A stretch of 12,544 nt of DNA from Promethearchaeati archaeon (GTDB taxonomy: Archaea; Asgardarchaeota; Heimdallarchaeia; JABLTI01): contig JABLTI010000114.1 of the NCBI GenBank assembly GCA_013166835.1, forward strand, positions 1-12,544. The letters are read 5' to 3'. Positions within the stretch are counted from its first letter, which is position 1, and each line of letters starts with the position of its first letter. This document shows, in pieces, positions 5,551 through 12,544 of the stretch. Both the position numbers and the translations under genes were made by a program. Below the pieces are notes generated by a model. It did no database searches. It was not told the origin of the DNA and was given only the letters and a program-made list of their open reading frames with translations.

Positions 5551-6195
5551 GTGGTTAATTTGTTGAAGGAAGACTTCCGTGGTGCGGAATCAAAATTATT
5601 TCTTAAAAAATGGTTTCACCTCCCAGCGCTACATAAAGTTCGTTTTCCAAAAAGCTATCGGATAAAAGAATTAGATTTTCAATTCAGAAAATCTAGAACT
5701 ATTCATGAAGCAAAACTTTTAGCAAAAGCCAAAGAAGCTGGAGTGAGAACTCCAATAATTTTTGAAATTGATATATTAAACACAACTTTGGTTTTGGAAT
5801 ATTTATATGGAGAAATTTTGAAAACATTATTACCAAAAATCAGCAAAAAAGAAATTCAAGAAATCTGTGAACAACTGGGAGAAGACATTGGAAAACTTCA
5901 CAATGCAGGGATTATACACGGAGATCTAACTACATCAAATATAATAAAAAATCCGAATGAAAAACAATTAGCATTTGTTGATTTTGGGCTAGGTTATATT
6001 TCAGATAGACTTGAGGATTTTGGAATTGACTTGTTTTTATTAGAGCGAGCTTTCAGAAACACTCATTCAACAATTTTTAATACTGCATGGAAAATGGTAA
6101 TTAAAGGATACAAAAAAACGTCAACAAATAGTAAAGATATAGAAAACAAATTACTTGAGATATCCTCTAGAGGTAGATATTCAGAAAGAATGTAA
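5551..6195 (+). CDS. bud32: KEOPS complex kinase/ATPase Bud32 (stand-alone)
   Basis: RGAES, KxRxPKxYRxxELD, RTxxEAKLL, GVRTP, LHxAGIIHGDLTTSN, DFGL, ED.GIDL and terminal RGRY. Confidence 0.96.
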   Translation: MVNLLKEDFRGAESKLFLKKWFHLPALHKVRFPKSYRIKELDFQFRKSRTIHEAKLLAKAKEAGVRTPIIFEIDILNTTLVLEYLYGEILKTLLPKISKKEIQEICEQLGEDIGKLHNAGIIHGDLTTSNIIKNPNEKQLAFVDFGLGYISDRLEDFGIDLFLLERAFRNTHSTIFNTAWKMVIKGYKKTSTNSKDIENKLLEISSRGRYSERM

Positions 6196-6196
6196 C

Positions 6197-6868
6197 TTAA
6201 AGGTAGTATTTTCTGTGTATTCCAATAACAGTGGCCCACGCAAGATGTGGGTCAAAATCTTCTGAAATCATTTGTAAATTGAAGCCTACTTTGCGAGATA
6301 TTCTGAAGAGTATATTTTCTGGGTTATTAGCATCAAGCATGGTAAATTGTCGAGCTGTTTGTAGAGCAACTTTACCATCTTGAGGATCTCGTAATCCGAC
6401 GATTTTCCCATTTGGGTCTAAAATCTGCCAAGTATCAGATTCACTAATGAGTTTTATTTCTCCTCGCAAATTCCTTCCATAATCATAGACTTTCCAGGAA
6501 GCATCTGAATCTTTTAGAGCATTGACGGTTTTTCCATCTAGAGAAGCTATAATTCGATCCATGTCATTCAAGAAAATATACCGTATATTGTAGTCTTTCT
6601 TATTGATATACTTCGACAAGTCCCTACGTTCACAGGAACCTATCTTTGAATCAATTTCACTGTAAATGAAATAAGTATATTTTTGAGCACTAAATTTGTA
6701 TTTTTTAAGTTTGAGAACAGGCAATAATTTTGGATCTGTAACCACTGATTCTTTTTGAAATCTTAAGCAACTTGGGCAAAAGAAATCGTTATACAGTTTC
6801 ATAAATTCAGCATTTTTCTGACAAAATTTACAGCTTAATTTTTTTCTTTTTGAATCTCGAGGTGACAT
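6197..6868 (-). CDS. Zn-ribbon plus tubby-C/LURP-one/scramblase-like beta-barrel protein
   Basis: N-terminal CKFC...FCPSC, then repeated beta-hairpins (WKVYDxxxxLxGEI, WQILDPNGKIVG, FTMLD...LFRISRK), ending in FNLQM..EDFDPHLAWATVIGIH, the hydrophobic terminal helix typical of this fold. The ATG at 6868 is preferred. Confidence 0.6.
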   Translation of the reverse strand: MSPRDSKRKKLSCKFCQKNAEFMKLYNDFFCPSCLRFQKESVVTDPKLLPVLKLKKYKFSAQKYTYFIYSEIDSKIGSCERRDLSKYINKKDYNIRYIFLNDMDRIIASLDGKTVNALKDSDASWKVYDYGRNLRGEIKLISESDTWQILDPNGKIVGLRDPQDGKVALQTARQFTMLDANNPENILFRISRKVGFNLQMISEDFDPHLAWATVIGIHRKYYL

Positions 6869-7060
6869 GGGGAGCTCTCCGAAAAACTTGTTTGTAATAA
6901 GGGTAAACACCTTTATTAAACAAACTAAATCTAAAAAAAATATTGAAAATGTAAATCAAATTACGAGAGAATCCAATAGATTAAAAATCTTCATGGAAAC
7001 AACTTTTTTAAACAGTAAATAAAAACACATGATATAATCTAGCTTTGTTGAGGAATAACG

Positions 7061-7411
7061 TTGAGCTCTGATGAAAACGATGATGAAGAATTCTATGATG
7101 ATGAAGAAGACGAAGAAGAATGGGAATACTTTGAAGATGAAGAAAAGGTACCATTCAGAGATCGTGTGTCCATTAAAGATATCATTAAATTAGTACTACT
7201 ATTTGTGGTATTTGCAGCATTCTTCTTATATTTCAGATATTGGGATTCACTTGTTACACTACTTGCTTTTGGTTCTGAGGATCTAGGACGATCCAGATTA
7301 CTCTACGCAACACTGGTTCTATTTCCATTTCTTGCAGCATTGTTTCTCAAGTTTCTAGTTGATGTTTCAAGAACACTCTTTATTCCACCTAAAGAGACTT
7401 TATCAGAATAA
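7061..7411 (+). CDS. Hypothetical membrane protein with a strongly acidic N-terminus and two predicted TM helices
   Basis: The first ~30 aa are D/E-rich. Hydrophobic segments are IIKLVLLFVVFAAFFLYF and LLYATLVLFPFLAALFL. GAGG precedes the TTG start. Confidence 0.75.
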   Translation: MSSDENDDEEFYDDEEDEEEWEYFEDEEKVPFRDRVSIKDIIKLVLLFVVFAAFFLYFRYWDSLVTLLAFGSEDLGRSRLLYATLVLFPFLAALFLKFLVDVSRTLFIPPKETLSE

Positions 7412-7421
7412 AAACAAAGTA

Positions 7422-7438
7422 TGGAGAAAATTTCTCCA
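7422..7438. terminator. Palindrome between convergent genes (possible terminator or protein-binding site)
   Basis: tggagaaa-a-tttctcca, 8-bp arms, followed by T-rich sequence in the 7412-7473 gap. Confidence 0.4.
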
Positions 7439-7473
7439 ACTATTTTCTTATTTTAAGAAATTTAAAATTTTCA

Positions 7474-7998
7474 TTAAGGTTTTTCTATTTTCTTTAAGGC
7501 GTCTTCTACAACCCAACTCCAATAGGTTTCAAGAGCAGATTCGCCCCAATTGAATCCATTGTTTCGAAGAAGATTTCTTATGTAGATACCAATGCCACCT
7601 TTGTTCTTAATTCCCCAGAGTTTACCTTCCTCTGCGATAATTTCTTCTGCTTTCTTTACAAATGGTTTTTCAAGATTTTTACTTAGAAAAGCGACTGCTT
7701 CTTCCCAAGATTTCTTTGTGATCTTTTTTCCATCATCCTTTGGTAATTTCGTTCTAACCTTCTCACGAATTACTTCTTCTGCAAGATCTGTTCCAATTCT
7801 AGTAAAGGTTGCATACAATGATTGTCGCATTTGTGGGCTATCATCAACTTTAATTAACTCTGTTAATGGTTCAACAAAGCGATCATCGCCTTTTTCTCCA
7901 ATGAAATCAAAGAGCTCTTCTCTTTCTTTTGGATCCCTCTTTTCCTTAATCTGTTCTATCATTTTGTTATATTCAAAGTCACTCATCAAATCCCTCAT
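7474..7998 (-). CDS. HEAT/PBS-lyase-like repeat protein with a Trp-rich C-terminal domain
   Basis: IGEKGDDRFVEPLTELIKVDDSPQMRQSLYATFTRIG is HEAT-like. The C-terminal part reads WGI...GIYIRNLLRNNGFNWGESALETYWSWVVEDAL. Confidence 0.65.
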   Translation of the reverse strand: MRDLMSDFEYNKMIEQIKEKRDPKEREELFDFIGEKGDDRFVEPLTELIKVDDSPQMRQSLYATFTRIGTDLAEEVIREKVRTKLPKDDGKKITKKSWEEAVAFLSKNLEKPFVKKAEEIIAEEGKLWGIKNKGGIGIYIRNLLRNNGFNWGESALETYWSWVVEDALKKIEKP

Positions 7999-8117
7999 AG
8001 ATTATTGTCGGTTGAGTGTATTAATATTAGCTGAAGTAGTTCAAAAACATTTGCACTCGAAAAAATCTAGAAAAGGACATAGTTGTGAAATGTTCTGATA
8101 AATTTTTAGCAAAACTA

Positions 8118-8798
8118 TTATGGAGGTTTATTTTTCACGCCTTTCATATTTGCTCCAACTAAGTTAGTATTAACTAGAATGGCATCCTTCATGTCAGCAC
8201 CCTCCAGTATTGCCCCGGATAAATCGGCACCTTTAAGGTTAGTCTTTATCAAACGTGCTTCCTTCAAAAGAGCTTTTGTCATTATTGCTCCTGTAAGGTT
8301 AGCTTCTCTAAAAGATGCGAATTGAAGATTACAAAAGGTGAAATCAGCCCCACTAAAATCACTATAATCTAGACTTGCTAAAGATAATTTTGATCCATTA
8401 AATTTGGAACCTGCGCCTTTAACTTCATAGAGACTTCCATTTCCCATATCACATTTTGTGAAGATTGTGTTTATAATTATAGAATCATCGAGAACAACAT
8501 CAGGTAACACTGCTTCATGGAAATCTGCTTCTGTGAGGTCGGTTTTAATTAGCTTAGCTTCTTCAAGTTTTGTTTTTTTAAGGGAAGCTTTCTTCAAACT
8601 AGCTCCTTCAAGATTGGCAGCATCTAAACATGCTGCGTCTAGAATTGCACCATCAAGATTTGCATTAGTAAGATCAGTATCAAAGAAATCAACATCTATT
8701 AGTGTTGCACCGCTAAGATCAACACCAGATAAATTAGCAGAACAATAAGCATGTTTGTCTTCTGCTAATTTGGCTAGAATTTCGTCTCTTGTAGGCAT
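8118..8798 (-). CDS. Pentapeptide repeat protein
   Basis: Continuous A(D/N)Lxx repeats (ANLSGVDLSGATLI...ADLSGAILEGADMKDAILVNTNLVGANM). The ATG at 8798 is preferred. Confidence 0.95.
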   Translation of the reverse strand: MPTRDEILAKLAEDKHAYCSANLSGVDLSGATLIDVDFFDTDLTNANLDGAILDAACLDAANLEGASLKKASLKKTKLEEAKLIKTDLTEADFHEAVLPDVVLDDSIIINTIFTKCDMGNGSLYEVKGAGSKFNGSKLSLASLDYSDFSGADFTFCNLQFASFREANLTGAIMTKALLKEARLIKTNLKGADLSGAILEGADMKDAILVNTNLVGANMKGVKNKPP

Positions 8799-8976
8799 AC
8801 CGAGTATCTCCAGTGTCAGCAAACTAAAAACCCAAATCACGTATAATAAGGTTATTTGTGGTTTGGTTTATCATTTTAAAAAGAAAATTTGTGAGGGTTT
8901 AGAAGAAAAATACAAACAAGGTCTCATAATTTCAGTATATTTGAGAATTAAGAGTATTACAAAGGTGCTGATATAA

Positions 8977-9744
8977 TTGGAATATAACCAATCCAAAGAA
9001 AGGTCAACTAGCTTGACAGAAGAGGAAGTACGGAAGCTAATCAAATACAAATTAGAAGGAAAAATAGCTCAATTACCATATGGTTTTTGGCGGTGTGATA
9101 ATGGAAAAGAACATTCAAGAATTGCGATAAAATATCTAATTGAGGAACATCTGAAATTAAATCTAGAGGATATCCCAAAAGCGATGAGTGCAAAAACATT
9201 TCATGAAGCGGGATTATTTCGAATACTTGTTGAGTTTTTTGATTCTTCATATTATAAAGCCTTAGAGTATACATATCCTGGTCGCTTCGAGCCTTGGCAG
9301 TTCAAAAAAGGTATGACTGGTATATGGTCGGGTTCAACTGGTAAAGGCAGATCACTTCATGCAATCAAGAATTTACTAGATAAATTAGATATAAAATTGG
9401 AAGAAATTCCAAAGAAAGTAAGCTATAAAATATTCAAACAAAATGGTTTAGGTGGAATGCTACAAACACTATACAATAGTTCTCCTTATCAGGCAATAAA
9501 TGCTTTATATCCTGAAAAATTCAAACCGTGGGAATTTAGCGTGAAAAATTACTGGACACAAGAAACATTGCAGACAGCAAAAGAATCAACGAAGTGGTTA
9601 ATTGAAGAAAAACTGAAACTTACGCCTAATGAAATTAATAAAGTAAAAAGAAAGCATTTTTTAGATTTTAATTTAGGTCAAATGCTAAGAATTTTTTATC
9701 AGAATTCTCATCTGTTAGCTTTAACAGATGTATATGACTTCTAG
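8977..9744 (+). CDS. DUF4046-type repeat protein (three internal repeats)
   Basis: Repeats of (G/N)xW...AI(K)xL(I/L)Exl...IP...F...GLxxML...xSPYxAIxxxYPxxFxPWxF, with units starting at GFW, GIW and NYW. Confidence 0.75.
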   Translation: MEYNQSKERSTSLTEEEVRKLIKYKLEGKIAQLPYGFWRCDNGKEHSRIAIKYLIEEHLKLNLEDIPKAMSAKTFHEAGLFRILVEFFDSSYYKALEYTYPGRFEPWQFKKGMTGIWSGSTGKGRSLHAIKNLLDKLDIKLEEIPKKVSYKIFKQNGLGGMLQTLYNSSPYQAINALYPEKFKPWEFSVKNYWTQETLQTAKESTKWLIEEKLKLTPNEINKVKRKHFLDFNLGQMLRIFYQNSHLLALTDVYDF

Positions 9745-9904
9745 AGAAAAATAATCAATTTTGGAGCATACTTTTTTCGTCAAAGAAAAAGAACAATTTA
9801 GATAAAAAGATTTTTTAAATTATAACAAGAAAAATGATAACTAATCGATGATACAAAAGCTTTCATATATTATAACCAGATAAAAAGTACGATGTAGTAA
9901 TGGA

Positions 9905-10333
9905 GTGAAGGGTAAATTGAAGCTAAGATTACTAGATATTCTTGTTTGTCCAGATAATAAGGAGTGGCCGTTAAAGGCACACATTTTTGAAGAAAGAGAA
10001 ATAGAAAAGCCATATTTACCTGATAAAGATACTATTACAAAAGTTGTGTGTAGTTTTTATTGTCCAAAAAAACAAATAAAACTTACAAAAGACACTAAGA
10101 AAGAAGAAAGTGTAGTGACTAAAGAAGCAAGTAAAATTAACTATGAAACTGATTGCAAAGAGTGTTTATCAGTTGAAATAGTTTCAGGCTTGATAGAATG
10201 TACTAGTTGCAAGGTTTTCTATCCAATTATTGATGAAATACCATTGGTATTAAAGAAAGAACTAAGAAATGAGGATATAGAAAAACAATTTACTGAAAAG
10301 TGGGCGGAAAAAATCAAAGAAATAAAGCTATAG
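9905..10333 (+). CDS. trm112: Trm112 family methyltransferase activator, long archaeal form
   Basis: KLRLLDILVCP...WPL at the N-terminus and EIVSGLIECTSCKVFYPIIDEIPLVL at the C-terminus, with a Cys-rich insert (CSFYC, CKEC). The start may be the TTG at 9917. Confidence 0.9.
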   Translation: MKGKLKLRLLDILVCPDNKEWPLKAHIFEEREIEKPYLPDKDTITKVVCSFYCPKKQIKLTKDTKKEESVVTKEASKINYETDCKECLSVEIVSGLIECTSCKVFYPIIDEIPLVLKKELRNEDIEKQFTEKWAEKIKEIKL

Positions 10334-10407
10334 AATCATTAGTTTATATGGATAGTTTACTAACTTTTATGCTAAAAAACTAATAAATATATGAAAAATG
10401 TCACCAA

Positions 10408-10421
10408 CAAAAGATTATAAT
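10408..10421 (+). promoter_or_regulatory. Putative BRE/TATA upstream of the Zn-ribbon/GTPase pair
   Basis: caaaagATTATAAt is a purine-rich BRE-like run followed by a TATA-like box. Confidence 0.35.
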
Positions 10422-10494
10422 TACGAACCGTTAATTAACAATACGTTGGATAGAATGGTGACATGCAAATACTTTGAAGCAGGTGCCAGCAAAG

Positions 10495-10746
10495 ATGAGC
10501 AAGGACCTATCACGAATCGATCCATTAGTAATCTATAGATGCAAAAATAGACAATGTCGTCAAACATTCACTCCATCCACAATAATGAATGTTGAAGAAC
10601 AAAAAGTATTCTTCAAATGTCCAATCTGTGGATCCCAATATGAAGCACAATATTCACCAATATCAGAATTTCCTGATCAAGAAGTAATAATGCTCTTAGA
10701 AAGACCACGACTAGTATACACAGGAACTAGAATAGCAAGTTCGTAA
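10495..10746 (+). CDS. Small Zn-ribbon protein
   Basis: YRCKNRQC...FKCPICG. AGGTG lies upstream of the ATG at 10495; the TTG at 10474 is an alternative start. The stop is 23 bp from the GTPase start. Confidence 0.75.
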   Translation: MSKDLSRIDPLVIYRCKNRQCRQTFTPSTIMNVEEQKVFFKCPICGSQYEAQYSPISEFPDQEVIMLLERPRLVYTGTRIASS

Positions 10747-10769
10747 AAAGAAAATGAGGTCAACAAAAA

Positions 10770-11315
10770 ATGGCCAGTCAAAGAGGAAAAGATTCAACCT
10801 ATATTTTCAAAGTGTTATTAATAGGGGAAGCTGCAGTAGGCAAGACTTCATTAACTATAAAATTCGTTCATGGAAAATTCAAATCGGATTATCTTCTTAC
10901 TGTAGGAATGGAACCATATAGCAAGTATATTAAAATGGGAAATGATATGGTAACACTTTCAATCTGGGATATTGCTGGACAACAAAGATTCGATGTTTTT
11001 CGCACAATGTTTTTTAGAGGAGCCAAAGCTGCTTTCTTGGTTTTTGATCTCACAAGACCTGTTACATTATCTAAATTACAAGATTGGTACGAAGACTTGA
11101 TCAGAAATGCTGGAAAAGATGTTCTGACTTTTCTTGTTGGAAATAAGAATGATTTAGAGGATTTAAGAAGTATTCCAAAGAAAGATGCTTTAGCTTTTGC
11201 AAAGAAAATTAATGCCTTGGCATACATAGAAACAAGTGCAAAAACTGGGACAAATGTTAATGAATCATTTCTTAGTGTTACAAAGAATCTTGTTGAGAAA
11301 GCAAAAACTTACTAA
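10770..11315 (+). CDS. Rab-like small GTPase (Ras superfamily; eukaryotic signature protein)
   Basis: G1 GEAAVGKTS, G2 T(VG), G3 WDIAGQ, G4 GNKND and G5 ETSAK. RabF-like motifs are TVGME, LSIWD, RFDVF, FFRGA and LVFDLT. SD GAGGT is upstream. Confidence 0.95.
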   Translation: MASQRGKDSTYIFKVLLIGEAAVGKTSLTIKFVHGKFKSDYLLTVGMEPYSKYIKMGNDMVTLSIWDIAGQQRFDVFRTMFFRGAKAAFLVFDLTRPVTLSKLQDWYEDLIRNAGKDVLTFLVGNKNDLEDLRSIPKKDALAFAKKINALAYIETSAKTGTNVNESFLSVTKNLVEKAKTY

Positions 11316-11422
11316 TTTAAATATTAAAGAGATTTTAAGAATTCAAGTTCTTTTTTTATTCATTTTTATTAAAAATACAGAAATGCAAGTAAAATGAGGA
11401 GAGAACTTCATTTTTGTAACTT

Positions 11423-11437
11423 AAAGATTTTTTAAAG
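11423..11437 (+). promoter_or_regulatory. Putative BRE/TATA for the PIG-L gene (leaderless spacing)
   Basis: aaaga followed by a T run and TTTAAAg, with the box about 25 bp before the ATG at 11458. Confidence 0.45.
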
Positions 11438-11457
11438 AAAGGAATCTATCATAATAT

Positions 11458-12165
11458 ATGACAGAAAAAAAGGTTAAACCATTAAATGTAGTTGCAGTGT
11501 TTGCTCATCCGGATGATGAAGCAGGAGTTATTGGAACTTTAGCGAATCATGCAGATAAAGGAGATAATGTTTATGCGATATTTCTCACTCGAGGTGAAAA
11601 CGCATCTTCGCTCTGTTGTTCTCCTGAGGAAATAATTGAAATTAGAACTGGTCATGCAAAGGAAATTGAAAAAATATTGGGAGCAGAATATCGTTTGTTA
11701 GATTTACCAGATTCGGGAGTTCATCCGTCTGTTGAAAATGCAAATAAATTGGCAGTACATTTCAAAGAAATAAAACCCGACATAATCATCACTTGGACAC
11801 AATCACCTCAGCTTGGAATTGGCCATCCTGATCATCGATATACCTATAACATTACTTTAGATGCAATATCATATGCGAGATATAAGAACGATGATCACGA
11901 ACACACACCTCATAGAGAACCAATAGGTTTGTATACAAATTACTTCGCTGTTGGTAATCCCGACAAACCATTTTTTGTTGATGTTTCAAATCAATATGAG
12001 AAAATAATGTCTGTTATTGATGTTTATATCGAAGCATATGGTCAATGGCCTGTTAAGGATTATATAACTGCTCAACTCATGATGCATGGACGAATGGCAG
12101 GAGTAAAATTTGCAGAAGCATACAATAAGATTCTTTGGCGTACTGCTCAACCCTATTTATATTAG
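11458..12165 (+). CDS. PIG-L/LmbE family Zn-dependent N-acetylglucosaminyl deacetylase
   Basis: VFAHPDDE, LTRGE, LDLPDS, IKPDIIIT, GHPDH, FVDVS and GVKFAEAY. Confidence 0.95.
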   Translation: MTEKKVKPLNVVAVFAHPDDEAGVIGTLANHADKGDNVYAIFLTRGENASSLCCSPEEIIEIRTGHAKEIEKILGAEYRLLDLPDSGVHPSVENANKLAVHFKEIKPDIIITWTQSPQLGIGHPDHRYTYNITLDAISYARYKNDDHEHTPHREPIGLYTNYFAVGNPDKPFFVDVSNQYEKIMSVIDVYIEAYGQWPVKDYITAQLMMHGRMAGVKFAEAYNKILWRTAQPYLY

Positions 12166-12166
12166 A

Positions 12167-12194
12167 AAAAATGTAAATCTAATTTTACATTTTT
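12167..12194 (+). terminator. Inverted repeat immediately after the PIG-L stop
   Basis: aaaaatgtaaa-tctaat-tttacattttt has perfect 11-bp arms and a 6-nt loop, followed by further T runs. Confidence 0.5.
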
Positions 12195-12381
12195 GATTTT
12201 CTAAAGACATTCATATGCATTTATTCTTAGAAATTGTAATAAGAAACAATGCTTTTATGGAGTTTCGATATGTTCAGATATGCCTATCGGTTAAGTGTCG
12301 CAAAATTTAAGTTTGATTAGATTATTTGGTAAATCGTTCAAATAAAAATGGACAAAAAATAAGAAACGGTGAAATCTAAAA

Positions 12382-12544
12382 ATGACAAAAACTCTAGCCA
12401 AAATGTCATATAAACGTCAAGATGTAATGAAGGGTTATACCGATAAAACATTGCATATTGACCTTGCTAAGTTATCCATCGAGGAAAACGATGTCGATAA
12501 AAAAGTTCGAGAAATTTTCATTGGTGGTAAAGGTTATGACTTAT
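12382..12544 (+). CDS. aor: Tungsten-type aldehyde:ferredoxin oxidoreductase family, N-terminal fragment running off the window (not in the ORF track)
   Basis: Translates as MTKTLAKMSYKRQDVMKGYTDKTLHIDLAKLSIEENDVDKKVREIFIGGKGYDL. GYxxxxLxIDL...FIGGxG is the AOR N-terminal signature. Confidence 0.85.
   Translation, partial: MTKTLAKMSYKRQDVMKGYTDKTLHIDLAKLSIEENDVDKKVREIFIGGKGYDL

Noticed and set aside
8118-8798. Calling the pentapeptide protein a Qnr/MfpA resistance gene
   Set aside because: Generic pentapeptide repeats do not allow that assignment from sequence by eye.
7359-9274. Track ORFs 7359-7553, 7592-8098, 8458-8748, 8755-8976 and 9041-9274
   Set aside because: They are antisense or overlapping frames of better-supported genes, or intergenic frames with no motifs.
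10889-11227. 112-aa minus-strand ORF
   Set aside because: Shadow of the Rab-like GTPase.
11458-12165. PIG-L deacetylase as evidence for a GPI-anchor or bacillithiol pathway
   Set aside because: The family is widespread with diverse substrates, and no pathway partners occur in the window.

Overview
AT-rich archaeal chromosomal segment, most consistent with an Asgard archaeon. This call is inferred from archaeal information-processing genes together with a Rab-like GTPase. Gene order: DUF655(+), degenerate TrmY-like(-), SRP54(-), a garbled ~0.5 kb interval with tRNA-like relics, rpo7/rpoE1, spt4, DUF359 dephospho-CoA kinase, rps24e, rps27ae, bud32, a Zn-ribbon/tubby-scramblase-like gene, an acidic 2-TM protein, a HEAT-like protein, a pentapeptide-repeat protein, a DUF4046-type repeat protein, trm112, a Zn-ribbon protein plus Rab-like GTPase, a PIG-L deacetylase and the start of an aldehyde:ferredoxin oxidoreductase. 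The first ~255 bp are GC-rich (hand count 142/240, 59%) and encode the N-terminus of a bacterial-type HDOD protein, so they are probably a chimeric join. Between ~3180 and ~4400 several lesions cluster. Rpo7 lacks the core of its S1 domain but carries a histone-H1-like repeat tail, Spt4 lacks its normal C-terminus, and the expected upstream genes appear only as possible collapsed traces. An assembly or polishing artefact must be excluded before these are treated as biology. All family calls come from motif recognition by eye; no searches were run.
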